Virus record (IMG/VR): IMGVR_UViG_3300021371_000010 | Location: 1 to 64,000 of that record | Length of the DNA: 64,000 nt | DNA from: an uncultured virus (IMG/VR IMGVR_UViG_3300021371_000010) | Lineage: Duplodnaviria; Heunggongvirae; Uroviricota; Caudoviricetes | Reading direction: 5' to 3' (one strand) | Part shown: positions 48,924-58,616 of the stretch, piece by piece | Layout: every line of letters starts with the position of its first letter | How positions within the stretch are numbered: position 1 is the first letter of the stretch | The notes under the pieces: generated by a model | The model's input: only the letters and a program-made list of their open reading frames with translations | Told to the model about the DNA's origin: nothing | Databases searched by the model: none | Program-made: the position numbers and the translations under genes

Positions 48924-49465
48924 TGCCAGAGACATCAATCAACAAGTCAATACTTAATAAGAATAATTTTAGATTACTTATTGACAAAACACCAACAGTA
49001 GAGTACTTCGTCAGATCAGTTAATATTCCAGGATTAACATTTGGTGAAACAGTACAGGCGGCAGGTGTAGGACTTGATGCTTTCTTTCCTGGAGATAAAG
49101 TTTCTTTTGATACACTTGATGTATCTTTTCTTGTCGATGAAGACTTAGAAAACTTTAAAGAAATATATGATTGGATGGACGCAATCGTTCCTATAGCAGA
49201 TCCCTCTGCCTATGGGGCATATGTCAATTCAGTTAAAACAGATGCAGGTACATTCTCAGCAGTAGAGAATGATCTCTTACAGTATTCAGATATTACATTA
49301 GTATTGAATACTAATAAGAACATACCAAACAAATTTTTTAGATTCCACGATTGCTTTCCAATCAGTTTAGGTGGTATCGAACTTGAGAGTGGTGCAGATA
49401 CTGAGGCAGTTATCGCAAATGTATCATTCAGATTTACATATTACGAGATAGAAAGCACTAGTTAA
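48923..49465 (+). CDS. gp3: Tail completion / tube terminator gp3
   Basis: F.L.I...P.VEYF...NIPG, PGDK..F..L.V.FLVDEDL.NF.EIY.W and FP.SL motifs. Sits before uvsY/uvsW. Confidence 0.88.
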   Translation: MPETSINKSILNKNNFRLLIDKTPTVEYFVRSVNIPGLTFGETVQAAGVGLDAFFPGDKVSFDTLDVSFLVDEDLENFKEIYDWMDAIVPIADPSAYGAYVNSVKTDAGTFSAVENDLLQYSDITLVLNTNKNIPNKFFRFHDCFPISLGGIELESGADTEAVIANVSFRFTYYEIESTS

Positions 49466-49517
49466 ATCTCAATAAATATGTTATACTATTAGTATTTAAT
49501 AGTATATTAGGTAAATT

Positions 49518-49961
49518 ATGAAACTAGATGAAATCAAAGTGATGTGGTCAAACGACTGTGAGATCGATGATATCGAACTCGACAAGTCATCATTAGAAGT
49601 TCCAAAATTACATGCTAAATATTCAGAGTTACTAACTGATAATATTTTATTGTTAAGAAGTCAGCAGATGAAATTCAACATGCTTAGAAAAGATAAGTGG
49701 ATGTGGTTCAACGGCAAACTTGACGATGATAGAATTAGAGAACTTGGTTGGGCACCTGATCCATTTGATGGATTAAAAGTAATGAAAAGTGACTTTGGTA
49801 TATGGTTCGATTCTGATCCAGATCTACAAAGTCTCAAAGCAAAAATAGATTACTTACAGGAAACAATTGAATTTATTAAGAGATGTATGGATAATATCAC
49901 TTGGAGACATCAAACAATAAAGAACACTATCGAGTGGCGTAAATTTATGGCGGGTCAATAA
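49518..49961 (+). CDS. uvsY: Recombination mediator UvsY
   Basis: W..D..ID...L...SL..PKLH.KY and R...IKN.IEW.KF motifs. Confidence 0.9.
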   Translation: MKLDEIKVMWSNDCEIDDIELDKSSLEVPKLHAKYSELLTDNILLLRSQQMKFNMLRKDKWMWFNGKLDDDRIRELGWAPDPFDGLKVMKSDFGIWFDSDPDLQSLKAKIDYLQETIEFIKRCMDNITWRHQTIKNTIEWRKFMAGQ

Positions 49962-50641
49962 TGCTTTATCACAATAACGTATGGATATATAAAGACTTTT
50001 TAACAAATGCAGAATGTGAAGTTGTTCATGCTACTGCTGAGAAACACGAACTTATGTCAGGTCGTATTGGATATAAGAACAATGACCCTGATGCACCACC
50101 TAAAACTGATGGTCAACAGAACAGTGAGATCAGACAATCAGACGTTAGATGGATACCCCATAATTCATTCGTAGAAGAGATAAGTCAAAAGATTGAAGAC
50201 GGCATCAACAGTGCTAATAGAGAAGCAGGTTGGAATTTACATTGGGATCAACCAGAGTCTCATCAATATACTATCTATCATCATAGACCAGAAGCAGAAG
50301 TAAAGGGAGATCATTACACTTGGCATATTGATTCAAGTCCAGATTGGCAAGGTCAAGGTGAAAGAATTAGAAAGTTAAGTTCAACACTTCAATTGTCAGA
50401 TCCAAATGATTATGAGGGTGGACACTTTCAATACATCAATCCAAATGGTATATTCGATAAGTTAAAAAGAAACGAAGAGTGGGTAGATATGCAACAGCAT
50501 ATTACAACAGTCCCATTCTCTGCCAAATCTAAAGGAACACTTATAGTTTTTCCTTCTCATACATATCATCAAGTAACACCAGTAACGAGAGGAACAAGAA
50601 TATCACTAGTCAGTTGGTTTCATGGTCCTAAGCATGTCTAA
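49961..50641 (+). CDS. 2OG-Fe(II) oxygenase (PKHD/prolyl 4-hydroxylase-like)
   Basis: IRQS.V.W, Y.WHID, RKLS...QLSDP.DYEGG and FPS...HQVTPVTRGTR.SLV.W motifs. Confidence 0.9.
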   Translation: MLYHNNVWIYKDFLTNAECEVVHATAEKHELMSGRIGYKNNDPDAPPKTDGQQNSEIRQSDVRWIPHNSFVEEISQKIEDGINSANREAGWNLHWDQPESHQYTIYHHRPEAEVKGDHYTWHIDSSPDWQGQGERIRKLSSTLQLSDPNDYEGGHFQYINPNGIFDKLKRNEEWVDMQQHITTVPFSAKSKGTLIVFPSHTYHQVTPVTRGTRISLVSWFHGPKHV

Positions 50642-50786
50642 GAAGAAAGCATTAATTAAACTATGTGTCATGACAGATGAAGACATCGGTCCAATGGACA
50701 TGGACGAACAAATGAAAATCGTAGAGAAAGCAATAGAGGAAAAAAGATTCTATCTTGAATCTATCAATCCACCCAAAGATGTCTAA
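50634..50786 (+). CDS. Small protein, 50 aa (not in the ORF track)
   Basis: MSKKKALIKLCVMTDEDIG...PPKDV. It exactly fills the gap and overlaps both neighbours by 8 nt. Confidence 0.5.
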   Translation: MSKKKALIKLCVMTDEDIGPMDMDEQMKIVEKAIEEKRFYLESINPPKDV

Positions 50787-52215
50787 TTTAGTTACAGTAC
50801 AGAAGATCGACGAGGTCTTCATGAAAGTTAATTGTGATGATGGTCTTGCAAGAGACTTGTACGATTTCTTTTCATATACAGTTCCTAATGCTAAGTTCAT
50901 GCCCTCATATAAAAATAAATTTTGGGATGGAAAAGTCAGACTCTTTTCATTAAAAACAAATAAAATTTATATTGGTCTACTGCCATATGTAGATGAGTTT
51001 TGTAGAGAAAGAGGATATGATTTTGATGGTATACAAGATGTTATAGGCAAGAAAGAACGAGACGAGTCGAATAAGATAGACGACTTTATTGATATGCTTA
51101 GTCTACCATTCGCACCAAGAGACTACCAGTTAGAAGCATTTAAAACAGCAGTGCAGTATGGTCGACAATTGCTTTTGTCTCCTACAGCATCTGGTAAGTC
51201 CCTAATCATATATCTACTAGCACGATACTATGCTGGTAAAAAAATTATTATTGTACCAACAACTTCTTTAGTTGAGCAAATGGCAAAAGACTTTGAAGAG
51301 TATGGATATACAGATAGAGTTTGTAAAATTTACAGTGGTCAAGAAGTATTTGATGCAGACATTACTGTTACTACATGGCAATCATTTGCAAAAGCACCTA
51401 AAGATGTAATGCAATCGTTTGATGTAGTTATAGGAGATGAAGCACATTTATTTAAAGCACAAACTCTCAAAGGCATCCTAGAGAAGATGAAGACTACAGC
51501 AGTGAGAATAGGAACTACAGGTACACTTGATGGTTCTGAAGTACATAGACTACAACTTGAAGGTTTGTTTGGTCCAGTAAAGAAAGTCATAACGTCATAC
51601 GAGTTGATGGAAGAAGGTACGATAGCAAATTTAACTATTGATTGTGTCATACTTCGTCATACTAAACAAAAGAAAATGACTTATCAAGAAGAGATGGATT
51701 ATCTTGTAAGCAATGAACAGAGAAATAAATTTATCACTAATCTAGTTAGTTCATTGAAAGGTAATACACTTGTACTCTTTCAGTACGTAGAAAAACATGG
51801 TGAAGTACTGTGGGAAATGTTTAACCCAATGGTCAGTAGAATGAACGGGACATTGCATTATGTTTATGGTGGTACAGATACAGAAGATAGAGAGTCAGTC
51901 AGAACTATCGTTGATTCTCCGAAGAAGAAAAATAATGTCATACTAGCATCATACGGAACATTCTCAACTGGAGTAAATATCAAGAAGATCGACAATGTTG
52001 TATTCGCATCTCCTTCAAAGTCACGTATACGTAATCTACAGTCTATTGGTAGAGGGTTACGTAAGACAGATGGTAAGACATCGATGAGACTCTTTGATAT
52101 CTCAGACAATTTACAAAACAATAATTATACACTCGAACACTTGAAAGAACGCATAAATATTTACAATGAAGAGCAATTCTCATATGAAATTAAGGAGTTC
52201 GATCTAGATGGTTAA
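50779..52215 (+). CDS. uvsW: DNA helicase UvsW
   Basis: WDGKVRLF, PRDYQ, SPTASGKS, DEAH, TGT, STGVNI and QSIGRGLR motifs. Confidence 0.95.
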   Translation: MSNLVTVQKIDEVFMKVNCDDGLARDLYDFFSYTVPNAKFMPSYKNKFWDGKVRLFSLKTNKIYIGLLPYVDEFCRERGYDFDGIQDVIGKKERDESNKIDDFIDMLSLPFAPRDYQLEAFKTAVQYGRQLLLSPTASGKSLIIYLLARYYAGKKIIIVPTTSLVEQMAKDFEEYGYTDRVCKIYSGQEVFDADITVTTWQSFAKAPKDVMQSFDVVIGDEAHLFKAQTLKGILEKMKTTAVRIGTTGTLDGSEVHRLQLEGLFGPVKKVITSYELMEEGTIANLTIDCVILRHTKQKKMTYQEEMDYLVSNEQRNKFITNLVSSLKGNTLVLFQYVEKHGEVLWEMFNPMVSRMNGTLHYVYGGTDTEDRESVRTIVDSPKKKNNVILASYGTFSTGVNIKKIDNVVFASPSKSRIRNLQSIGRGLRKTDGKTSMRLFDISDNLQNNNYTLEHLKERINIYNEEQFSYEIKEFDLDG

Positions 52216-52708
52216 ACCAGCAAACTTAGTTCCACAAAAGTACGAAGTACTTAAGACAAGAACAGGTGCAGAGATAGTTGGCATGACTAGAGAAACTCCA
52301 ACAGGCGTTGAAATTACTTTGCCAATGATTTGTCATTTGCAAGTTGTACCAGGAACAAACAGAACTCAATGCTTATTTTATCCTTACTCGCCACTCTCAG
52401 AAGAAGAAAAGATTATAATACCAAACGAACACATTGCACACAAGTCTAAAATGAATGAGCAATTCATTCCGTTCTATGATAATGCAAGTTCGACTTGGAT
52501 GAAAATGATAGAGAACAAAACTATACCTCTTACAGAGTTTAAGAATAGATATAGTGACAATGATCTAAAAAAGTTAGTAGAAGAGTTGGCAGAAAAATAT
52601 GGACTCGAAGATACTTACATTGACGGCGATGAGTATAATCAGTTAGTCGAAGAGTGGGAAGAATTCGAGTTTGCTGAAGTTCCTAAAGACCCTAAAAAAA
52701 TTCACTAA
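52208..52708 (+). CDS. Hypothetical protein (Sm-like N-terminus) downstream of uvsW
   Basis: VLKTRTGAEIVG N-terminus, acidic C-terminus ending KKIH. Confidence 0.6.
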   Translation: MVKPANLVPQKYEVLKTRTGAEIVGMTRETPTGVEITLPMICHLQVVPGTNRTQCLFYPYSPLSEEEKIIIPNEHIAHKSKMNEQFIPFYDNASSTWMKMIENKTIPLTEFKNRYSDNDLKKLVEELAEKYGLEDTYIDGDEYNQLVEEWEEFEFAEVPKDPKKIH

Positions 52709-52796
52709 CCTTACCTCTAGAACTTTAGAGAATACTAAATAAACCGTGTATAACGCGGTGTTATATGATATTATCAATGGAGATTATAATTTAATC

Positions 52797-52940
52797 ATGA
52801 CTGAACTAGTCAATAAACTTAACGAAACTGTAGAAACCTTAAAACATATTACAACAGATGACATTACCCAATTCTTAGAAATAGCAGTTCTAATTGGTAC
52901 GTTTGTCTTTTGTGTATATGCAGTGTCACCAATTATATGA
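52797..52940 (+). CDS. Small single-TM protein
   Basis: 47 aa with C-terminal hydrophobic FLEIAVLIGTFVFCVYAVSPII. Upstream ACTAAATA (52734). Confidence 0.5.
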   Translation: MTELVNKLNETVETLKHITTDDITQFLEIAVLIGTFVFCVYAVSPII

Positions 52941-52986
52941 TGCTAAGAAAAGTAATTCAAATTTTCTTTAAATACTGGATCCAACC

Positions 52987-53181
52987 ATGGCATCCGAGAA
53001 GTTAACACAAAAGGCCCTACAGGTGGCCAATCTATCCCCTCCTGTTGAGCATTCTTTTATAAACAATTTAGAGAACGTACACCCAATGAGGCAAGTGGCG
53101 ATCATGTCGGTTGTCCAAGTTGCGGTCTTTGGATTTATGTTGTTAGCATTTTGGATCATCAATCTTTTTGTTGGTCATTAG
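52987..53181 (+). CDS. Small single-TM protein
   Basis: 64 aa with C-terminal hydrophobic VAIMSVVQVAVFGFMLLAFWIINLF. Confidence 0.55.
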   Translation: MASEKLTQKALQVANLSPPVEHSFINNLENVHPMRQVAIMSVVQVAVFGFMLLAFWIINLFVGH

Positions 53182-53298
53182 ATGCGATATATACTATACA
53201 CTACATTAATTGTTACATTCTTTTACGTTACAACGGGTGACCAAGAAAGAATGGGAAGAGCAATACTAAGAGATAATGTAGTGATGTCGAGAGCATAA
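53182..53298 (+). CDS. Small protein with an N-terminal hydrophobic helix, 38 aa (not in the ORF track)
   Basis: ATG directly after the preceding TAG. Translates MRYILYTTLIVTFFYVTTGDQERMG... Confidence 0.4.
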   Translation: MRYILYTTLIVTFFYVTTGDQERMGRAILRDNVVMSRA

Positions 53299-53458
53299 TA
53301 TATCCCTTATTAGATATATCTGCCCCCGGCGACATATTAATCATAACATGTGAATTTTATCCTCACAAGAGGGTTTTCAAAAAAACTTTAAAAAACTTTC
53401 TAAAATAAATACTTAAAACCCACTAGCAAAAACTACTGTTTTAGAGTATTATAGATAC

Positions 53459-54013
53459 ATGACTAAAAGAAAAGACCCTAAAAAGGCAGAACACTATGTT
53501 AATAACAAAGAGTTCACTCAAGCAGTTGCCGAGTATAACGAAGCAGTAAAACTCGCCAAGGAGAAGGATAAAACACCTCCTCAAATGTCAAACTACATAG
53601 GGGAGTGTATCTATAAGATTGCAACTCGTCTATCTACTAGACCAAACTTTATTAATTATACTTACAGAGACGAAATGATCTGTGATGCAATTGAAAATTG
53701 TATACAGTATATTAATAACTTCAACAGAGAAAAGTCCAACAACGCATTCGCATATGTAACACAGATTTGTTATTATGCATTTCTTAGAAGAATCCAAAAG
53801 GAGAAAAAGCAAGTCTTTATCAAACAACAGATAACAAATGAGACGGGTATTTCTGAGGCGGCATTTGATACAATTGATGGTGATACGTCTGGACTAATAA
53901 ACACAAATGTTGAATGGATGCAAGAGAACATGAAAGTTGTCGAGTATTCACCAAGAAAGTCAAAGAGAGCAAAGAAAACTACAAAGAAAAATTTAGACAA
54001 CTTTACTGAATGA
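53459..54013 (+). CDS. gp55: Late-transcription sigma factor gp55
   Basis: HYVNNKEF, YIGECIYKIA..LS.RPNF.NYTYRDEMI.DAIENC and NAFAY.TQI.YYAFLRRI.KEKK motifs. Confidence 0.96.
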   Translation: MTKRKDPKKAEHYVNNKEFTQAVAEYNEAVKLAKEKDKTPPQMSNYIGECIYKIATRLSTRPNFINYTYRDEMICDAIENCIQYINNFNREKSNNAFAYVTQICYYAFLRRIQKEKKQVFIKQQITNETGISEAAFDTIDGDTSGLINTNVEWMQENMKVVEYSPRKSKRAKKTTKKNLDNFTE

Positions 54014-55077
54014 AAATAGCATTATTAAACGATACACATGCGGGTGTCAGAGGCGACATGATGGCAATGTCCGAATATCAAGGACGTTTCTATACTGAAG
54101 TATTCTTCCCGTATCTTGACGAACATGATATCAAACATATCATTCATTTAGGAGATTACTTTGATAGACGTAAGTATGTAAACTTTGCTAGTCTACATAA
54201 TAATCGTAAGCATTTCATTGATCCTATGTTAGAGAGAGGGATATCAATGGACCTTATATTGGGTAACCATGATGTCTATTATAAATCTACAAATGATGTA
54301 AATGCACCTGAACTATTGCTTTTTGCAGATGATAACATTAACGTTATCTCAGACCCCATTGTTAAAGAATACGATGGGTTCAATATAGCATTAGTGCCAT
54401 GGATTAATAATGAGAACTATGCAGACTCAGTAGACTTTTTGCTATCAGCAAATGCATCTTGGTGTATGGGTCATTTCGAAATTGAAGGTGCAATCATGCA
54501 CCCAGGAATGACATGCCCACATGGATTAGATCACACTTACGTAAAACGTTTTGAAAAAGTACTTAGTGGTCACTTTCATCATAAATCAGAAGTAGGTAAT
54601 GTTAGATACCTAGGTTCTCAAATGCAATTTACATGGTCAGATTATGGTGATCAAAAATACTTCCATGTATTTGATACAGAGGATCAAAGTCTAACGCCTG
54701 TTCATAACCCACTTACTATGTTCGAAAAAGTATTCTATGATGATACAAAAGAATCATTCGAAACAATTAGTAATAGAGATTACAGTCAATATAATAATAA
54801 GTTTGTCAAAGTTGTTGTAGTAAACAAAGACAATCCATATTGGTTTGATACAATGATTGATAAGTTACATGGTGCAGAACCACTGCACATGACGATTGTT
54901 GATGATCACAAACACATGGACTTATTATCAGATGAAGAATTAGAGGGTGTAGAAGATACACTTACGATTCTACAGAAGTATGTTGACGGTCTAGAAATTC
55001 AAGGAGAAAAAAATCACTTAACAGAATTGGTTACTTCATTGTATAATGAAGCATTAGATGAACACAATTATATATGA
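54010..55077 (+). CDS. gp47: Recombination nuclease gp47 (Mre11/SbcD-like)
   Basis: DTH, GDYFD, GNHD, GHFE and SGHFH metallophosphoesterase motifs. Confidence 0.95.
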   Translation: MKIALLNDTHAGVRGDMMAMSEYQGRFYTEVFFPYLDEHDIKHIIHLGDYFDRRKYVNFASLHNNRKHFIDPMLERGISMDLILGNHDVYYKSTNDVNAPELLLFADDNINVISDPIVKEYDGFNIALVPWINNENYADSVDFLLSANASWCMGHFEIEGAIMHPGMTCPHGLDHTYVKRFEKVLSGHFHHKSEVGNVRYLGSQMQFTWSDYGDQKYFHVFDTEDQSLTPVHNPLTMFEKVFYDDTKESFETISNRDYSQYNNKFVKVVVVNKDNPYWFDTMIDKLHGAEPLHMTIVDDHKHMDLLSDEELEGVEDTLTILQKYVDGLEIQGEKNHLTELVTSLYNEALDEHNYI

Positions 55078-56792
55078 TAAAATTTAAACAGGTACGATGG
55101 AAGAACTTGCTTTCATCTGGTAATAAATTTACCACAATTGAATTAGATAGATCGAGTACAACTCTTATACTTGGTGAAAACGGTGCAGGAAAGTCAACGT
55201 TATTAGATGCATTATGTTTTGGACTATATGGTAAGGGGTTTAGAAATCTAAAAAAAGAACTACTTGTTAACTCAGTCAATGGAAAAGAACTACTTGTAGA
55301 AGTCGACTTCGAAGTAGGAAAGAAAAAATATAAAGTCATAAGGGGTACACGCCCCAATCGTTTCGAATTATATCTCGGAAAAACTATGCTCAATCAAGAT
55401 GCAAGTGTACGAGATTATCAAGACCACTTAGAAAAGAATATACTCAAAATGAGTCATAGGTCTTTTACTCAAGTGGCAATACTAGGATCAGCAAACTTTA
55501 CACCGTTCATGCAACTGAAAGCAAAAGATAGGCGTAAACTAGTTGAAGACCTACTAGATATATCTATATTCTCTACTATGAGAGACATACTTAGAAAGAA
55601 AGTACAGTCACATAAAATAGAGATTAAAGATACAGATCATGAAGTTGAAATTCTTGAAGAAAGAATTAGTGGTCTTACTGAACAGTTGAATGCTCTTCAG
55701 AAGAATCGTGATGAACAAATTGGTAAGTATGAATCTACAGTGAAGGAAACAGAAAACAACATTGCAAACCTCATGGAGAAAGTAGATGAAAAGACGCAAA
55801 ATGTGGTGGAGAAAGAATCCACTATCACGAATAAAAGTACTACAGAAAGTAAACTCAAACAGATTGTTGAATTGGAGAAACAACTCGAAGCAACTCGAAA
55901 GAAAGCAAATACAGATATTGAATTCTACGAGAACAACGACAACTGCCCCACATGTAAACAGGGTCTAGACCATGAACACAAGAAGAAGCACATTGAGGAG
56001 AAGCAGAATAAAATCTCAGAGATCAAGACGGCGATGTCAACTCTTGACAAACAAGTCTCAGAACTCAGAGACGAAATCGACAGAATCAATGAAGTCCAGC
56101 ACCAGATAAATGAAGTACAAAGAGAGATAGGACTTTTACAGACTGAAGTTACATCTAATCAAAAGTATATTCATAAACTTAATGGTCAAATAAAAGAGTT
56201 AAGTAAGAATATTTCTGGTGATGATAGTGTACAGAATAGACTTACATCAAACGAGGACGACTTAGATAAACTACATGCTAAACAGAAGACACTAAAAGAA
56301 CGAGGTCATTACTTTGAACTTGCTCAGTTACTTCTTAAAGATGAGGGCATCAAGTCAAAAATAATTAAACAATATGTACCAGTGATGAACAAGATGATTA
56401 CAAAGTATCTTGCATCATTAGAATTCTATGTAGGGTTTGAACTTGATGAGAACTTTGAAGAGACTATTAAGTCTAGATTCAGAGACGTATTCAAATACGA
56501 TAACTTCTCTCAAGGTGAGAAGATGAGAATCGATTTAGCATTACTCTTTACATGGAGATCAGTTGCAAGAATGAAGAATTCTGTTAACACTAATCTGTTA
56601 ATACTAGATGAGGTGTTTGACTCTTCACTTGATGCACAGGGTACAGACGACTTTTTAAGATTGTTAAATACATTATCTGAAAAGACGAATGCATTTATCA
56701 TATCTCACAAGGGCGATCAACTCTATGATAAGTTTGAAGAGGTGATTAAATTTGAGAAGTATAAAAACTTCTCTCGAATTTCAGTATCATAA
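55074..56792 (+). CDS. gp46: Recombination ATPase gp46 (Rad50/SbcC-like)
   Basis: GENGAGKS, CPTC zinc hook, FSQGE signature, LDEVFD and ISH motifs. Confidence 0.96.
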   Translation: MIKFKQVRWKNLLSSGNKFTTIELDRSSTTLILGENGAGKSTLLDALCFGLYGKGFRNLKKELLVNSVNGKELLVEVDFEVGKKKYKVIRGTRPNRFELYLGKTMLNQDASVRDYQDHLEKNILKMSHRSFTQVAILGSANFTPFMQLKAKDRRKLVEDLLDISIFSTMRDILRKKVQSHKIEIKDTDHEVEILEERISGLTEQLNALQKNRDEQIGKYESTVKETENNIANLMEKVDEKTQNVVEKESTITNKSTTESKLKQIVELEKQLEATRKKANTDIEFYENNDNCPTCKQGLDHEHKKKHIEEKQNKISEIKTAMSTLDKQVSELRDEIDRINEVQHQINEVQREIGLLQTEVTSNQKYIHKLNGQIKELSKNISGDDSVQNRLTSNEDDLDKLHAKQKTLKERGHYFELAQLLLKDEGIKSKIIKQYVPVMNKMITKYLASLEFYVGFELDENFEETIKSRFRDVFKYDNFSQGEKMRIDLALLFTWRSVARMKNSVNTNLLILDEVFDSSLDAQGTDDFLRLLNTLSEKTNAFIISHKGDQLYDKFEEVIKFEKYKNFSRISVS

Positions 56793-56802
56793 ATAAAAGC
56801 AT

Positions 56803-57435
56803 ATGTACGAATTAATAGAAGAAGCAAGTAAAGTTTTAAGAACTCCACCACCCGAGTTTGATTTTGAGAATCCTAAGGAAGATCCTAAGGAAATCGAAAA
56901 GAATATGATTGAAGCAATGGACAAGTTTGGTGGTATAGGTCTATCTGCTAATCAAGTTGGATTACCTTACAAAATGTTTGTAATGAAATCTGCTGATAAG
57001 GGTACAGTTGCTTTTTTTAATCCAAAGATAACAAGGTTGTCACAAGAAACGGATATGATGAAAGAAGGGTGTTTGTCATTTCCCGACATATACCTAATGA
57101 TTAAACGGGCAAAAGTGGTAGAACTTGAATACCAAGATGCAGATGGAGAACAACATACACTTGTATTAGAAGGACTAGCAAGTCGATGTGTACAACATGA
57201 AGTCGATCATCTAAATGGTATTGTGTTTCTACAAAGAGCATCAAGACTTAAAATTGAACGTGCATTAAAGTCACGAGATAAAGAAAAACGTAAACGGTTA
57301 GAATATGAAAGAAGAGTTGCAATCGCAAAATACTTCCAAGAACGTGCAGAAGCAGATAAAGATTCCAGCGGATCCAGTGATGATACCGAATCTACTGGAG
57401 AAGAATCAAGCACAGGAACTGATCAAGTTTCATAG
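56803..57435 (+). CDS. def: Peptide deformylase
   Basis: GIGLSANQVG, EGCLSFP and QHEVDHLNG motifs. CATAAATA lies 7 nt upstream of the ATG. Confidence 0.95.
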   Translation: MYELIEEASKVLRTPPPEFDFENPKEDPKEIEKNMIEAMDKFGGIGLSANQVGLPYKMFVMKSADKGTVAFFNPKITRLSQETDMMKEGCLSFPDIYLMIKRAKVVELEYQDADGEQHTLVLEGLASRCVQHEVDHLNGIVFLQRASRLKIERALKSRDKEKRKRLEYERRVAIAKYFQERAEADKDSSGSSDDTESTGEESSTGTDQVS

Positions 57436-58024
57436 AGAACACGATCATCTGTACAGAATAGGAAACGAAAGGGAATACTTAGGTATTCGTTTCATGCATA
57501 TCCATACACAATGGATTCGTGATTTATTGATAAGAATTTCATATGATTTGGTTGGCAATATCAGAAAGATATCTAATCAAGTAGTGTGGCCAGAAATGAT
57601 TGCTTTAAATGAATGGCCAATTGGGGGTGAACAACACCCTCATGTCGACACATATTCTAATCAAGAAATGAATCATCAAACAACTATCGATAGACCAGCA
57701 AGAGAATGGACATGTATTCTATATCTCAATGATGATTTCAGAGGTGGTCGAACTTATATACCTGAAGGTCAAGAAATGAACTTTGATGGTGTTGTAAGAG
57801 ACTATCAATATCAAGTCTTTGAACCAGAAGCATGTGCTGGACTTCTCTTTCAAGGAATCTATCTACCCCATGGCGTAGAAAAAATCAGAAGAAATTCACG
57901 ATACACTGTATCATTTTGGTTCTCATCATCACCAGAAAAGCAGATGATGATGCAACCTGTCCACGATCTAAATCTAGATGAAGATTCATGGCGACTTGCT
58001 ATGAAAGAAGACGGCCGAATCTAA
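57305..58024 (+). CDS. 2OG-Fe(II) oxygenase (prolyl-hydroxylase-like)
   Basis: HVD, ILYLNDDF.GG, HGV and RYTVSFW motifs. Start uncertain (57305 or 57380); overlaps def. Confidence 0.85.
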   Translation: MKEELQSQNTSKNVQKQIKIPADPVMIPNLLEKNQAQELIKFHREHDHLYRIGNEREYLGIRFMHIHTQWIRDLLIRISYDLVGNIRKISNQVVWPEMIALNEWPIGGEQHPHVDTYSNQEMNHQTTIDRPAREWTCILYLNDDFRGGRTYIPEGQEMNFDGVVRDYQYQVFEPEACAGLLFQGIYLPHGVEKIRRNSRYTVSFWFSSSPEKQMMMQPVHDLNLDEDSWRLAMKEDGRI

Positions 58025-58042
58025 AAAAACTTTCCTAAGACC

Positions 58043-58072
58043 TTGACAATGGGTCTCACTTTTTTATATACT
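58043..58072 (+). promoter_or_regulatory. Early sigma70-type promoter (18-bp spacer)
   Basis: TTGACA-ATGGGTCTCACTTTTTTA-TATACT. Confidence 0.8.
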
Positions 58073-58101
58073 AGTAGAGTAATAAAGAAAGGAGATACAT
58101 T

Positions 58102-58305
58102 ATGTCAAACAATACAAATACAATGATACTTGAGAAGATTCAGGACGATGTTCTTGAACTGTTCGATGGTGATGTCTGGAATGTAATCTGGGCAATAGAG
58201 AAAGAGTTCGGAATCGGTGCTTTACCGGGTGAATTCACTACAGATGATTGCTTCATCGATTGTCTAATCAATCTTAGATTCGAACAACTAGGAGATATGG
58301 CGTGA
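58102..58305 (+). CDS. Hypothetical early protein
   Basis: AAGGAG RBS. 67 aa, acidic. Confidence 0.65.
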   Translation: MSNNTNTMILEKIQDDVLELFDGDVWNVIWAIEKEFGIGALPGEFTTDDCFIDCLINLRFEQLGDMA

Positions 58306-58577
58306 GTCTGTTATCAATAGTTAACGAGTTCGATCTTTTTAGATACAAACAAAACGGAAAATCATACGAAGGTTTCGTAAAGAAAGTGGGCAATGATTTC
58401 ATAGAAGGAAGATTCTTTGAGACAGACCAATACAGTCTGAGAAAAGGAGACTTCTTTGATACAACAATTCTTCTAGAATCTTTTGAAGGTCTAGAAATGG
58501 AATGGTGGTTTGATGGACAAGGTTGCGACAACTCTGCAATTGGTGTAAGTGGTTGTTGGGAAACTTTTTTAAATTAA
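58302..58577 (+). CDS. Hypothetical early protein
   Basis: GTG start overlapping the upstream stop, with an AGGAG RBS. 91 aa. Confidence 0.6.
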   Translation: MSLLSIVNEFDLFRYKQNGKSYEGFVKKVGNDFIEGRFFETDQYSLRKGDFFDTTILLESFEGLEMEWWFDGQGCDNSAIGVSGCWETFLN

Positions 58578-58580
58578 ACC

Positions 58581-58610
58581 TTGACAGTAACCCCTACTTT
58601 TTTATATACT
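58581..58610 (+). promoter_or_regulatory. Early sigma70-type promoter (18-bp spacer)
   Basis: TTGACA-GTAACCCCTACTTTTTTA-TATACT, with the ATG 6 nt downstream. Confidence 0.8.
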
Positions 58611-58616
58611 AATCCT

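Noticed and set aside
38869..56792. Introns, inteins or homing endonucleases in gp17, gp20, gp23, uvsW or gp46
   Set aside because: The genes are uninterrupted and of ordinary length. No intein or HNH/GIY-YIG/LAGLIDADG motifs were seen.
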